Assembly: GCA_030429765.1 (NCBI GenBank)
Contig: JAUIER010000001.1
Location: 1,014-65,013 of the forward strand
DNA length: 64,000 nucleotides
From: a bacterium
Lineage (GTDB): Bacteria; Omnitrophota; Gorgyraeia; Zapsychrales; Zapsychraceae
Direction of reading: 5' to 3'
Each line of letters starts with the position of its first letter. Position 1 is the stretch's first letter. The translations under genes and the position numbers were made by a program. Below, piece by piece: positions 37,869-47,449 of the stretch. Under the pieces are notes generated by a model that saw only the letters and a program-made list of their open reading frames with translations, was not told where the DNA came from and ran no database searches.

Positions 37869-38678
37869 ATGTATATGAACCAGAAGATTACCAGCCCGTC
37901 CAATTCACGAATCAAAGATATCGTCCGCCTACGGCAACGCAAATACCGTGATCAGCATCGCCTATCGATCGTCGAGGGTGTTACTGAAATCACCCGTTTG
38001 TTGGAGTCATCGGTCCGGACAACCGATATTTTTGTGTGTCTTGACTATTTGACGGATGCGAGTAAAGCGGTTTATCATGCGGCCATTCAAAAAGATATTC
38101 CCGTCACAGAAACGTCGCCGGCGGTTTATGAAAAAATTGCCTTTGGCGATCGGCATGATGGTCTGTTGATGCTGATCGAATATCCCACACAAACGCTGGA
38201 ACAAATCAAGGCGACGTCACAGTCGCTTTTTGTTGTATTGGAAAAGGTGGAAAAGCCGGGCAATTTGGGAGCTGTATTACGGACGGCCGACGCGGTCGGG
38301 GCGCAGGGCCTATTCATTTGTGATCCGGGCACTGATATGTATAATCCGAATGTCATCCGGGCGAGTCTGGGGACGGTATTTTCAGTGCCCACAGCGACGG
38401 GGAGCGCCGAGGATGTGGTCGAGTATCTAAACAAGAATCAGATCAAGATCTACGCGGCGGTGGTCGACGCGGACAAGATTTATTTTGATGTTGATTGGCG
38501 GTCTTCGGCCGCTGTTGTTTTAGGGAGTGAACATGACGGTTTAACCCCGTTCTGGAAAGAACATGCGGACGCAACGATCCGTATTCCAATGCAAGGCCGG
38601 GCTGATTCGCTGAATGTGTCCGCCTCAGCCGCGGTGATTTTGTATGAAGCCTGTCGCCAAAAAGTCAAATCCTGTTAG
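37869..38678 (+). CDS. TrmH/SpoU-family RNA 2'-O-methyltransferase
   Basis: SPOUT motifs ('LEKVEKPGNLGAVLRTADAVG', 'VLGSEHDGL'). 269 aa. Confidence 0.7.
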   Translation: MYMNQKITSPSNSRIKDIVRLRQRKYRDQHRLSIVEGVTEITRLLESSVRTTDIFVCLDYLTDASKAVYHAAIQKDIPVTETSPAVYEKIAFGDRHDGLLMLIEYPTQTLEQIKATSQSLFVVLEKVEKPGNLGAVLRTADAVGAQGLFICDPGTDMYNPNVIRASLGTVFSVPTATGSAEDVVEYLNKNQIKIYAAVVDADKIYFDVDWRSSAAVVLGSEHDGLTPFWKEHADATIRIPMQGRADSLNVSASAAVILYEACRQKVKSC

Positions 38679-39378
38679 ACTTCAAGTCTTTTTATCGCAC
38701 AATGGCGTAGCATCCCGTCGGGGGGCTATGGATATCGTCAAATCCGGGCGTGTTCGGGTGAACGGTGAGGTGGTACGCGAACCCTCGCATCCGGTGAGCG
38801 CGGCATCAGATCAGATCCAGGTCGACGGACAGATTGTGGCCACGAAAAAGTTTGAGTATATTTTGTTGTACAAAAAGGCCGGATTTGTGGTGACCAAAGA
38901 ACAGCGTCCGTCGGTGTCGAATGTGTTTCAATTATTGCCGGATTCTTTTCGGCATCTATCGGCTGTGGGCCGGTTGGACAAGGATACCGAGGGACTATTG
39001 TTGTTCACCAATGACGGAGACACGGCCTACAAACTGACACATCCCAAATTTAATGTTGATAAAACATATTTTGTGCGGGTCCAGGGAATCCTAAATGATC
39101 GGGCCAAATATCGGTTGATGGGCGGGATTGTGCTGGAGGGCAAAAAGACGGCCAAGGCCAAGGTTTTTCATGTCAAGCCGCTGAAGGATGCGACGGAATT
39201 TAAGATCACCATCCACGAGGGCCGTAAGCGTCAGATCCGTTTAATGTGTGACAAAGTAGGTCATCGGGTAGTATACTTAAAACGTCTGGCCCAGGGGCCA
39301 TTGACGCTCGGCCGGCTTGAATCTGGACGCTGGCGTCGGCTTACCGCCAAAGAAATTCAACAAATCAAAAAAATATAA
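38644..39378 (+). CDS. RluB/RsuA-family pseudouridine synthase with an S4 domain
   Basis: S4 'RLQVFLSHNGVASRR' and catalytic 'GRLDKDTEGLLLFTNDG'. Confidence 0.8.
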   Translation: MKPVAKKSNPVRLQVFLSHNGVASRRGAMDIVKSGRVRVNGEVVREPSHPVSAASDQIQVDGQIVATKKFEYILLYKKAGFVVTKEQRPSVSNVFQLLPDSFRHLSAVGRLDKDTEGLLLFTNDGDTAYKLTHPKFNVDKTYFVRVQGILNDRAKYRLMGGIVLEGKKTAKAKVFHVKPLKDATEFKITIHEGRKRQIRLMCDKVGHRVVYLKRLAQGPLTLGRLESGRWRRLTAKEIQQIKKI

Positions 39379-39383
39379 TTGTC

Positions 39384-41345
39384 ATGATTACGATTAACAA
39401 TCTCAGCATGGGTTTTTCGCAGCGTACACTTTTCAAAGATGTGACCTTCAGCATCTTTCCCAAGGAAAAGATCGGCCTGACCGGACCAAACGGTGCCGGA
39501 AAGACGACACTGTTTTCGATTATCCGCGGCGAAATGGAACCTCTGGCCGGTGAAATCCAGATCCAGAAAGGAATCAATATCGGATATCTGCCGCAGGAGG
39601 CCAAGTTTAAATCTGACCAGACCGTCATGGAAGAGCTGACGCAGGGCGATGAACGGATCAAAAAACTGGTGCGGGAGCGCACCAAGCTCGAAGATCAAAA
39701 CAAGGCGGCCACGGAACGTTACGGCGACATTCTCGAAGAGCTCGAACAATTAGGTATTTACGAGATTGAGCATCGGGCCGAAAAAATTTTGTCAGGCTTG
39801 GGATTCAAACCGGAAGACTTTCATCGTCCTATCCGGGAGTTGAGCGGCGGCTGGCAGATGCGAACACTGCTCGCTAAACTTCTCACCTATCCGTATGATC
39901 TGTTGCTGCTCGACGAGCCCACCAACTATCTCGACCTGGAGGCCACATTGTGGCTCAAAGATTACCTGAAAAATTATCAAGGCAGTTTTGTATTGATTTC
40001 CCATGACCGGGTCATTCTCAATGATGTAACCAATTACACAATTATTCTCGAAGGCTCGGGTATGACCAAGATCAAAGGAAATTATGAGTTTCATGAGCAG
40101 CAAAAGGCCGTGAACCTCAAATCGATGGAGAAGAAGCAGAAGGTGATTGAGAAAAAACGAAAACAGCTGGAGCGCTTCACGCAACGCTTTCATGCCCAGC
40201 CGAACCGGGCGGCCGCTGTGCGCAATAAGAGAAAGATGATTGAGAAGCTTGAAACCATTGATCTGCCGCAGGATCAAAAAAGTATCGGTGAGTTCACGTT
40301 TGAGAATGTTGAACAAAGCGGTTATGTGGTGATGAGCATGAAGGGGGTCAGTAAGTCTTACGGTGAAAAACGTGTGTACCAAGGTTTGGATCTGGAGGTC
40401 ATCCGCGGGCAAAAGATTTGTCTGGTGGGGCCGAACGGGGCGGGGAAGTCGACGTTGCTCAAGATGCTGGCCGAGGCGATCAAGCCCGACGACGGAGTGA
40501 TCAAGCTCGGTCACAATGTCGAGCGCGGATATTTTTCACAGACTCGTCTGGATGTGCTTAATCCCAATCGCAATGCCTTTGAAGAAGTGTCCAGTGCGGC
40601 GCCGCAGGGCATTCCGTCTGTGAAGGTCCGCAGTCTTTTGGGATTGTTCAACTTTCACGGGGATGATGTGTTTAAGACCGTTAAGGTGTTGTCCGGAGGT
40701 GAGAAGAGCCGGGTGATCCTGGCCAAGCTGCTGATCCATCCGCCAAACCTTATGCTGCTGGATGAGCCGACAACCCACCTGGATCTCGACGGTGTTAAGG
40801 CCTTGACCCGGGCGTTTCAGGATTACGGCGGGACCGTTGTCTTTATCAGTCACGATCTTTATTTTATCCGCGAGATTGCCGATCATATTATTGAAGTGAA
40901 CAACGGAAAGATTATTAATTACCCGGGCGGGTTGGAGTATTACCTGGAAAAGAAAGGGCATGCGGAGATCGCGGGCCGGAAAGAGGCCAAGAAAAAACGA
41001 GCGGCCGCGGCCAAGCCTGAATCCATATCCACGACGGCCCGGTCGGATGGTGCTTCGTCTAAGCCGGAAAAAGGGAAAATGAAGGAGTTGCGGGCCAAGC
41101 ACAAAGAGGCCAAGAAGCGAATTTCCCAGATCAAGAACCAGATTAAGAATCTGGAAAAAGAACAGAAAGACCTCGAGATGGAAAGTTATGTAAAATCACG
41201 GCATATGTCCAAGCAGTTTGACAAACGTGATGAAAGTGTCCTCAAGGAGTATGGCCGGCGGCTCAAAGAAATCCAGTCGCGTCAGCGCGAGATTGAATCA
41301 ACGATCAATAAACTCAAAGAAGAACATCAGCAGATTAGTCGTTAA
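39384..41345 (+). CDS. ABC-F family ATPase (tandem ABC domains, no TMD) with a K/E-rich C-terminal coiled-coil
   Basis: Two Walker A motifs ('GPNGAGKTTL', 'GPNGAGKSTLL'). Two signature motifs ('LSGGWQMR', 'LSGGEKSR'). Confidence 0.85.
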   Translation: MITINNLSMGFSQRTLFKDVTFSIFPKEKIGLTGPNGAGKTTLFSIIRGEMEPLAGEIQIQKGINIGYLPQEAKFKSDQTVMEELTQGDERIKKLVRERTKLEDQNKAATERYGDILEELEQLGIYEIEHRAEKILSGLGFKPEDFHRPIRELSGGWQMRTLLAKLLTYPYDLLLLDEPTNYLDLEATLWLKDYLKNYQGSFVLISHDRVILNDVTNYTIILEGSGMTKIKGNYEFHEQQKAVNLKSMEKKQKVIEKKRKQLERFTQRFHAQPNRAAAVRNKRKMIEKLETIDLPQDQKSIGEFTFENVEQSGYVVMSMKGVSKSYGEKRVYQGLDLEVIRGQKICLVGPNGAGKSTLLKMLAEAIKPDDGVIKLGHNVERGYFSQTRLDVLNPNRNAFEEVSSAAPQGIPSVKVRSLLGLFNFHGDDVFKTVKVLSGGEKSRVILAKLLIHPPNLMLLDEPTTHLDLDGVKALTRAFQDYGGTVVFISHDLYFIREIADHIIEVNNGKIINYPGGLEYYLEKKGHAEIAGRKEAKKKRAAAAKPESISTTARSDGASSKPEKGKMKELRAKHKEAKKRISQIKNQIKNLEKEQKDLEMESYVKSRHMSKQFDKRDESVLKEYGRRLKEIQSRQREIESTINKLKEEHQQISR

Positions 41346-41599
41346 TGAAACTAAAGCTCGATTTACATGACATATATTCGGATGGCCGTAAGCTGCATGC
41401 GGCTTTGACCGATGTGATGGATGAGGCCGTGTCCTGTAAGGCCAAGCAAGTGGAAATAATCCCGGGCAAAGGCAGCGGGCAGCTCAAAAAACACGTGCTC
41501 CGTTTCCTCGAAAAGAATTATAAGGGTATTTATCAGCGGATCGAGAAGGATGACAAGAACTGGGGCCGGATATTTGTGCACTTTCGCTGGAAATCGTAG
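41345..41599 (+). CDS. Smr-domain protein
   Basis: 'LDLHD' and 'IIPGKGSG' Smr motifs. 84 aa. The ATG overlaps the ABC-F stop codon (TAATG). Confidence 0.65.
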   Translation: MKLKLDLHDIYSDGRKLHAALTDVMDEAVSCKAKQVEIIPGKGSGQLKKHVLRFLEKNYKGIYQRIEKDDKNWGRIFVHFRWKS

Positions 41600-41623
41600 T
41601 GTGGTAAACTATAGGGGTAATCA

Positions 41624-42016
41624 ATGAGACCAATCCGAGCCATAATCTGGATCCTGATACCGGTTGTCTGTACGGGTTGCGCCAAACTGGGCAATCTGGA
41701 CAAGTTGTTGACTCTCAAAGATCTCGCGGATCATCAGGAGGCCACCGATGCCCATGTCGAAGAACGGGAGCAGATATTCCGCCAAATGATCACCGACGTC
41801 GAAGGCGGTCAAGTTCAGCCGGGCACGGTCAAACAGGAAATTCTCAGCCGTTACGGCGATCCGATCTTTGTCGAATACACGCAGTATCAGGATCAAGTGG
41901 CGGAATTATGGATGTATCGGATGCCGGTTAAGTTCACCGGATCGGATCAGGTTTACCTTTATTTTGATGCAATGGATCAAGTCATCGCCTATGAAGTCAA
42001 ACGACAGTCAGACTAG
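41624..42016 (+). CDS. Putative lipoprotein of unknown function
   Basis: The signal peptide ends in 'CTGC'. 130 aa. Confidence 0.45.
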   Translation: MRPIRAIIWILIPVVCTGCAKLGNLDKLLTLKDLADHQEATDAHVEEREQIFRQMITDVEGGQVQPGTVKQEILSRYGDPIFVEYTQYQDQVAELWMYRMPVKFTGSDQVYLYFDAMDQVIAYEVKRQSD

Positions 42017-42025
42017 GAGGTTGCC

Positions 42026-42157
42026 ATGGGAAAGTCAGGAAAGAAACCACGTATGAAAGTTGATACCCGAAAGTTTGAAGCCGCTGGAGAAACCAAGAAG
42101 AAAGAACGGGATTGGAGTTTTGATGATATCGCCAGGTCGAAGACCCGTCGACGTTAA
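42026..42157 (+). CDS. Candidate small basic protein (43 aa). It is not in the ORF track
   Basis: ATG at 42026, 5 nt after a perfect AGGAGG (42015-42020). Its TAA stop overlaps the ATG of the next gene (TAATG at 42155-42159). Translation: MGKSGKKPRMKVDTRKFEAAGETKKKERDWSFDDIARSKTRRR. Confidence 0.4.
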   Translation: MGKSGKKPRMKVDTRKFEAAGETKKKERDWSFDDIARSKTRRR

Positions 42158-42870
42158 TGAATAACAATCCGATCGTTGAATTTTACCGCATTTTATTCGA
42201 ATTTTATGGTCCGCAGGATTGGTGGCCGGGAGACACGGCGTTCGAAATCATCGTCGGAGCAATCCTTACGCAGAACACCAATTGGACCAATGTCGAAAAA
42301 GCCCTGGAGAATCTCAAAGTCCAGCGACGCTTGACGCCGGAACGGATGTTTCAGTGTTCCCTCGAAGAATTGGCCGAGCTGATACGGCCGTCTGGTTACT
42401 TTAATGTAAAGGCCAAGCGTCTCAGAAATTTCCTCACGTATCTCAATCAAAATTATCAGCTGAGTCTCGAAAAATTAGCGGCTCAGCCCACGAAAAAATT
42501 GCGGGAGGAGCTGCTCTCGATCAATGGAATTGGCCCCGAGACCGCCGATTCCATTTTACTTTATGCGTTCGGTCACCAGGTGTTTGTGATCGATGCTTAC
42601 ACTAAACGATTGCTGTACCGTCACGGTCTGGTGGACGCGTCGGCCGATTATCATCGGATGCAAAACCAGATGATTTCGGCCCTAGTTGGTGACACACAAT
42701 TGTACAATGAGTATCACGCGCTCATCGTGCGTTTGGGAAAGGATTATTGCCGTCCCAAGCCTGACTGCGATGAGTGTCCGCTGAACCGCTGTTATTATTC
42801 AGTGGATCAACGTTGCCCGCGTTGCTATCGTCAAACGGTCGATACTTCAGTATCTTGCTCCTGCGTCTAA
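42157..42870 (+). CDS. Endonuclease III-family HhH-GPD DNA glycosylase-like protein with a C-terminal Cys cluster
   Basis: 'GAILTQNTNW' plus HhH ('INGIGPETADSILLYAFG'). The C-terminus has 'CRPKPDCDECPLNRC'. Confidence 0.75.
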   Translation: MNNNPIVEFYRILFEFYGPQDWWPGDTAFEIIVGAILTQNTNWTNVEKALENLKVQRRLTPERMFQCSLEELAELIRPSGYFNVKAKRLRNFLTYLNQNYQLSLEKLAAQPTKKLREELLSINGIGPETADSILLYAFGHQVFVIDAYTKRLLYRHGLVDASADYHRMQNQMISALVGDTQLYNEYHALIVRLGKDYCRPKPDCDECPLNRCYYSVDQRCPRCYRQTVDTSVSCSCV

Positions 42871-42925
42871 AGATAGCGACCAAAGCATTGCATATTCCCG
42901 GCTTTCAGGATAGGATAGAAAAATC

Positions 42926-44140
42926 ATGTCAGAGTCAGACTTATTTTTAATTGTATTGGGGCTGTTGGCCTTGAATACGGTCTTTTTGATCGTCCTGTAT
43001 GTCATGTTTTCCGCGCAGCGTCGGGAGCAGGACCGGATGGAGCGGACCGTTCGCGAGGAGATGTCCAATAACCGCCAGGATTTGTCCCGCCATCTGGATA
43101 GCTTTTCCACGCAGCTGCTCAAGCTTACCGAATTGAATGAACGAAAACTCGAACGTGTGCGTGACGCGCTGGAATCAAATCTCAAATCGCTGCAGGAAGA
43201 TAACAACACCAAACTTGAACGGATGCGTGAAACCGTGGATGAGAAACTGCACGCGACGCTCGAAAAACGACTGGGCGATTCGTTCCGGATCGTCAGTGAT
43301 CGGCTGGAGCAGGTCCACCGCGGATTGGGCGAAATGCAGAACCTGGCCGCGGGTGTTGGTGATTTAAAGAAGGTTTTGACCAATGTCAAAACGCGCGGCA
43401 CATGGGGCGAGATCCAGCTGGAGAATCTACTGGAACAGATTTTGACGCCCAGTCAATACGACAAGAACGTCATCACCAAACCAGGCAGCCGGGATGCTGT
43501 GGAATTTGCTATCAAGTTGCCGGGGCGGGAAGAAAAAACAGTTTACATTCCAGTCGACGCCAAGTTTCCCAAAGAAGATTATGAACGTTTGATTGAGGCG
43601 CATGATCAGGGTGACATGGCATTGATCGAAGAATCACTGAAAGCGATCGAGTCACGGATCAAACTCGAGGCCAAGAAAATTCGTGACAAATATATCGATC
43701 CGCCGAATACCACGGATTTTGGTATATTGTATTTACCGACGGAAGGATTATATGCTGAAGTTTTGAGACGTCCGGGATTGTGTGATCAGTTACAGCGTGA
43801 TCATCGTGTCACCGTCGCCGGGCCAACGACCATTTCAGCCGTCCTCAATTCATTGCAGATGGGATTCCGGACATTGGCCGTCGAGAAACGGGCCAGCGAG
43901 GTCTGGACACTGCTGGGGAATGTCAGGAATGAATTCGGAAAATTTGGCGACATCTTGGATAAGACACAGGATAAGCTTCGTCAGGCCAGCAATCAAATTG
44001 AGTCCGCGGTCAAGAAGACGCGGACGATTGAGCGTAAGCTCAAGAAGGTTCAGGAAATTCCAACCCAGAAAGATTCAGAACTCTTAGCCGATGACATTGA
44101 AATCAAAACTCTCTTCGACGACTCCAGTCCTGTTTCGTGA
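42926..44140 (+). CDS. rmuC: DNA recombination protein RmuC
   Basis: An N-terminal TM helix, a long coiled-coil, and the conserved C-terminal RmuC region ('VDAKFP', 'ILYLPTEGLYAEVL'). Confidence 0.8.
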   Translation: MSESDLFLIVLGLLALNTVFLIVLYVMFSAQRREQDRMERTVREEMSNNRQDLSRHLDSFSTQLLKLTELNERKLERVRDALESNLKSLQEDNNTKLERMRETVDEKLHATLEKRLGDSFRIVSDRLEQVHRGLGEMQNLAAGVGDLKKVLTNVKTRGTWGEIQLENLLEQILTPSQYDKNVITKPGSRDAVEFAIKLPGREEKTVYIPVDAKFPKEDYERLIEAHDQGDMALIEESLKAIESRIKLEAKKIRDKYIDPPNTTDFGILYLPTEGLYAEVLRRPGLCDQLQRDHRVTVAGPTTISAVLNSLQMGFRTLAVEKRASEVWTLLGNVRNEFGKFGDILDKTQDKLRQASNQIESAVKKTRTIERKLKKVQEIPTQKDSELLADDIEIKTLFDDSSPVS

Positions 44141-44831
44141 CGCCTTTCCAGATCACGTTGTCGTACAGGTATCTGATCGGGTAGTCGATTTTTCATTAAA
44201 CGATATTCAGCATGTATTTGATGACCGGCAACGGCAGTATTTGACTGACGTGTGGGGGGTGTCACCGGAACAGATCATAAATGTCAGACAGGTCCACGGT
44301 GATCAGGTTCGTCGGGTCAGCCGGATCGATCATACGCTTCAAGAGGCTGATGCGCTGATCACAGATTTGACAGATGTCGCTATCGCCATTCGCACCGCTG
44401 ATTGTGTTCCCATATTTTTGTATGATCCTGGCTCCGAGAGTATCGGGTTGGTTCATGCCGGTTGGCGGGGAACCCGTGAAGGCATCGTCACCAAGACCAT
44501 TGATGCCATGGTTGAGGCGTATGGATCCGATGTCGGACAAATCAGGGTGATGTTGGGCCCGCATATCCGCCGTGATCAATATGAAGTATCCAAAGATTTT
44601 GTCGAATATTTTCCCGGCGCCACTGTTGTCACAGAGGGGCGTGTGTATCTGGATTTAGCCCGGGCCAATAGCCAGCAATTACTGGCTCGAGGCGTCCAGG
44701 CTGAGAAAATTTTTGATTGCGGGATTTGCACCTTTGCCGATATGAGGTATGATTCCTATCGTCGGCAGGGAACGGAGGCCGGACGAATGTTATCACTCAT
44801 GATGATCAAGGATTCAACATGTATGCCGTGA
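44091..44831 (+). CDS. pgeF: YfiH/PgeF (DUF152) laccase-domain protein / purine nucleoside phosphorylase
   Basis: 'TADCVPIFLYDP' and 'HAGWRG' motifs. It overlaps the rmuC 3' end by 50 nt, so the start may be downstream. Confidence 0.8.
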   Translation: MTLKSKLSSTTPVLFRDAFPDHVVVQVSDRVVDFSLNDIQHVFDDRQRQYLTDVWGVSPEQIINVRQVHGDQVRRVSRIDHTLQEADALITDLTDVAIAIRTADCVPIFLYDPGSESIGLVHAGWRGTREGIVTKTIDAMVEAYGSDVGQIRVMLGPHIRRDQYEVSKDFVEYFPGATVVTEGRVYLDLARANSQQLLARGVQAEKIFDCGICTFADMRYDSYRRQGTEAGRMLSLMMIKDSTCMP

Positions 44832-45133
44832 TTTTATCTACCGCCAATGATCGTGGACAAGCGGACCGCATCGCGCAGCGACTTGTCGAGGATGAATTGG
44901 TGGCGTGCGTCAACATCGTCGAAGGGGTACAGTCGGTATATAAATGGAAAGGAAAAGTTCAAACGGACGCCGAGGTCTTGATGGTGATGAAGACGCGCGT
45001 TGAGCTATACAAGGATGTGGAGGAGGCGGTTCTGGCCTTGCATCCGTATGAAGTTCCGGAAATTATCATGCTGCCGATTCAAGATGGCAGCGCAGCGTAT
45101 TTAAATTGGCTTAATGATTCAACACGGGGATAG
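44819..45133 (+). CDS. cutA: CutA1 divalent-cation tolerance protein
   Basis: 'ELVACVNIV.GVQSVYKWKGKV' is typical of CutA. 104 aa. Confidence 0.8.
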   Translation: MYAVILSTANDRGQADRIAQRLVEDELVACVNIVEGVQSVYKWKGKVQTDAEVLMVMKTRVELYKDVEEAVLALHPYEVPEIIMLPIQDGSAAYLNWLNDSTRG

Positions 45134-45139
45134 TGAAAT

Positions 45140-45637
45140 ATGAAAAATATAGCTGTAGGGGTTTTAGTCAGTGTCATGATGTTTTCAGTGAGTGCCGTTT
45201 CGGCGATGGAGCCGATGATGCGACAGGAAAGCAAGGTCCAGGGGCAGAAGGCGCCGGATTTCACGTTGAAAGATACCGATGGCAATAAGTATTCTTTTAG
45301 CAAAGCGCGGGACGGGAAAAAAGCCATTCTATTTTTCTGGGCGACGTGGTGCCCGCATTGCCGGACACAAATCAAAGATCTTCAGTCCACCCACCAGGCC
45401 ATTGCTGAGCAGAACATTGAGCTTGTATTGATCGATTTAGGTGAGGGAGAGCGACAGGTCCGGAGCTATCTCAAGCAAAACAGTGTCACGCTACCTATTC
45501 TGCTCGATGAAGATGGATCTGTTGGCGAGGAGTATGGTGTGTTCGGTCTGCCGACATTTATTTTTGTAAATGAGGCTGGCAACGTGGCTTCGGTCGCGCA
45601 TGACCTGCCGGATGATTTTGAAGAATTTTTTAAATAA
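45140..45637 (+). CDS. TlpA/ResA-like periplasmic thiol:disulfide oxidoreductase (redoxin)
   Basis: A signal peptide and 'WATWCPHCR' (CXXC). Confidence 0.85.
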   Translation: MKNIAVGVLVSVMMFSVSAVSAMEPMMRQESKVQGQKAPDFTLKDTDGNKYSFSKARDGKKAILFFWATWCPHCRTQIKDLQSTHQAIAEQNIELVLIDLGEGERQVRSYLKQNSVTLPILLDEDGSVGEEYGVFGLPTFIFVNEAGNVASVAHDLPDDFEEFFK

Positions 45638-47134
45638 TTAGTTTCGATTTTGCGCAATATTACTCATCAAATCCGCCTGGATGCGCAATTGCGACATGAA
45701 GTCGCTGAAATGAGTATTCTTTTTCTCAGCGAGGAGCTGTTCCCGGATATCCTCGGCTTGTTCGGCAAATTCGCTGGCATCGGCCGGCGTATATTCATCG
45801 AGGTGAAGAATGGCAAATCCTTTGGCCGTTTCGATCACGTCACTGATCCGTTTTGTTTCATCCAGTCCAAACGCGGTAGATTCAAAATCCTTGGTGATTC
45901 CAATATTTGGCAGATACTGCCCCCGATTAAAGTTAGGCGTCTGCAGAACTTCCAGTTTCATATCCTTGGCGATTTGCGCAAAGTTTTTAGAAGGATTTTT
46001 GTCCATTTCGTCGACAATCTTTTCTCGGTATTCCGCCGCTTTGGCCTGAGTCACTTCTTTGGCCTGTTCAAGCAGGTACGCGTCCTTGACTTTCTCCGTG
46101 ACTTCTTTGTACAGCGGAAGGTAAGCCTCCCGGTTTTCCAGTACGCTTAAAATTACAATTCCTTTGGATGTTTCAAACGGTCCCTGGATTTGTTTCACCG
46201 GAAAACCGAAAACCTGATTGAGTAATTCATATGACCACCCAAGTTTTAGATTGGGTTCCTCCGCGCTGAAAAATCCGGTCTCCAAAATTTCGATTTCATT
46301 GCTTTGCGCGACCGCTCGTAAGTCAGGGTTTTCCTTTAATTGCTCGACGAGAGTCTCGGCTCGGGCGATCGCGGCTTCGGTTCCGTCGGACGACTCTGAA
46401 TCGGTGGACGCCTCGGCATCCGGCGTTTCAAAAGGGATTTCAATGTATTCGATATTCACCGCGGAGGGAACGAGGAAGTCCCGTTTGTTGGCTTCGAAAA
46501 ATTCCTGGGCCTTTTGGGCGTCATATTTTTTCTCGTCCGTGAAATTTTCTGGGGAGACAATTACGTAACTGACCTGCACTTGTTCGTTTCGTGATTGGAA
46601 CTCGTTGCGGACCTCTTCATCGGTGACGGAAATCCCTTGGGTTTCCTGATCGAAAAGTCGGGCCATCTGCAGGTTTTCGCGGATGCCTTCTTCGAATGTG
46701 CGGGGGTTCATGCGAAAGGCGCTTTGCACGATGTAGTTGTACATGCGGGAATCAAACTGACCGTTTTGCTGAAAAAACTCATAGCCTTGAATGGTCTTGA
46801 TGATTTCGTCGTTGTACACCGTGATCTTCCGTTTATCGGCTTCATGAGCCAGAATCAGGCGATCCCAGGCCTTGGACTCCAGGTTAAGATACTCTTGAAC
46901 GTTTCGGAAGTTATCTCCATAGCGCATCATGGCCTGTACGCGGGCAATGTCATAGGCCTTGGCGTAGTCGGCCTGGGAGATCTTTTTGTTGAAGATTTTT
47001 CCGGCAAAGTTTCCCGCCCCCATGTCAGTAATAAGGTAGGCCGTCCCGAAAACTCCGAATGACAAGATGATGACGATTGCAACGACCCAAATGACCTTCT
47101 TTTTTAACTCTTTGTCCCGCATGACTTTTAACAT
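45638..47134 (-). CDS. PpiD/SurA-family periplasmic chaperone with a parvulin PPIase domain, N-terminally membrane-anchored
   Basis: An N-terminal TM helix 'VIWVVAIVIILSFGVFGTAYLI' and a SurA-N-like domain. Its 3' end abuts the TlpA-like gene. Confidence 0.7.
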   Translation of the reverse strand: MLKVMRDKELKKKVIWVVAIVIILSFGVFGTAYLITDMGAGNFAGKIFNKKISQADYAKAYDIARVQAMMRYGDNFRNVQEYLNLESKAWDRLILAHEADKRKITVYNDEIIKTIQGYEFFQQNGQFDSRMYNYIVQSAFRMNPRTFEEGIRENLQMARLFDQETQGISVTDEEVRNEFQSRNEQVQVSYVIVSPENFTDEKKYDAQKAQEFFEANKRDFLVPSAVNIEYIEIPFETPDAEASTDSESSDGTEAAIARAETLVEQLKENPDLRAVAQSNEIEILETGFFSAEEPNLKLGWSYELLNQVFGFPVKQIQGPFETSKGIVILSVLENREAYLPLYKEVTEKVKDAYLLEQAKEVTQAKAAEYREKIVDEMDKNPSKNFAQIAKDMKLEVLQTPNFNRGQYLPNIGITKDFESTAFGLDETKRISDVIETAKGFAILHLDEYTPADASEFAEQAEDIREQLLAEKKNTHFSDFMSQLRIQADLMSNIAQNRN

Positions 47135-47375
47135 TTAAAGCTCCCGTGGTTACTCAATCATCCAAAATAGTATGTGCCTGGATGGTGTATGCCTTGCTTA
47201 ATTGATCTGTGTTTAACCGGGCCGGAATGGTCCCAAAGTGGCCATTATTGGTCCGGGCAAGCAAGATTATATCCACCATCGAACCCTTTGACAAGCTATT
47301 TTCCCGGCCGGATCGCTCTTGACTTGCCAGCAAAGCCTCGCAAGATTATACTATATGAGCACATCCACAAATGTC

Positions 47376-47404
47376 TTTACAAGTAAATGGACCGAAGCTA
47401 TAAT
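47376..47404 (+). promoter_or_regulatory. Sigma70-type promoter for hisG: TTTACA, 17-nt spacer, TATAAT
   Basis: TTTACA at 47376-47381 and TATAAT at 47399-47404. The ATG is at 47450. Confidence 0.5.
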
Positions 47405-47449
47405 GACGATTCATTTTAAGATAAACGTAACCAAGAAGCAGAAACAGCA

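Noticed and set aside
37355-37951. 198-aa ORF overlapping the alpha/beta-hydrolase gene in another frame
   Set aside because: It is an off-frame Arg/Trp-rich translation of a gene with clear catalytic motifs
47174-47386. 70-aa ORF in the ppiD/hisG intergenic region
   Set aside because: It covers the predicted promoter and repeats. The composition is non-coding-like and there is no RBS
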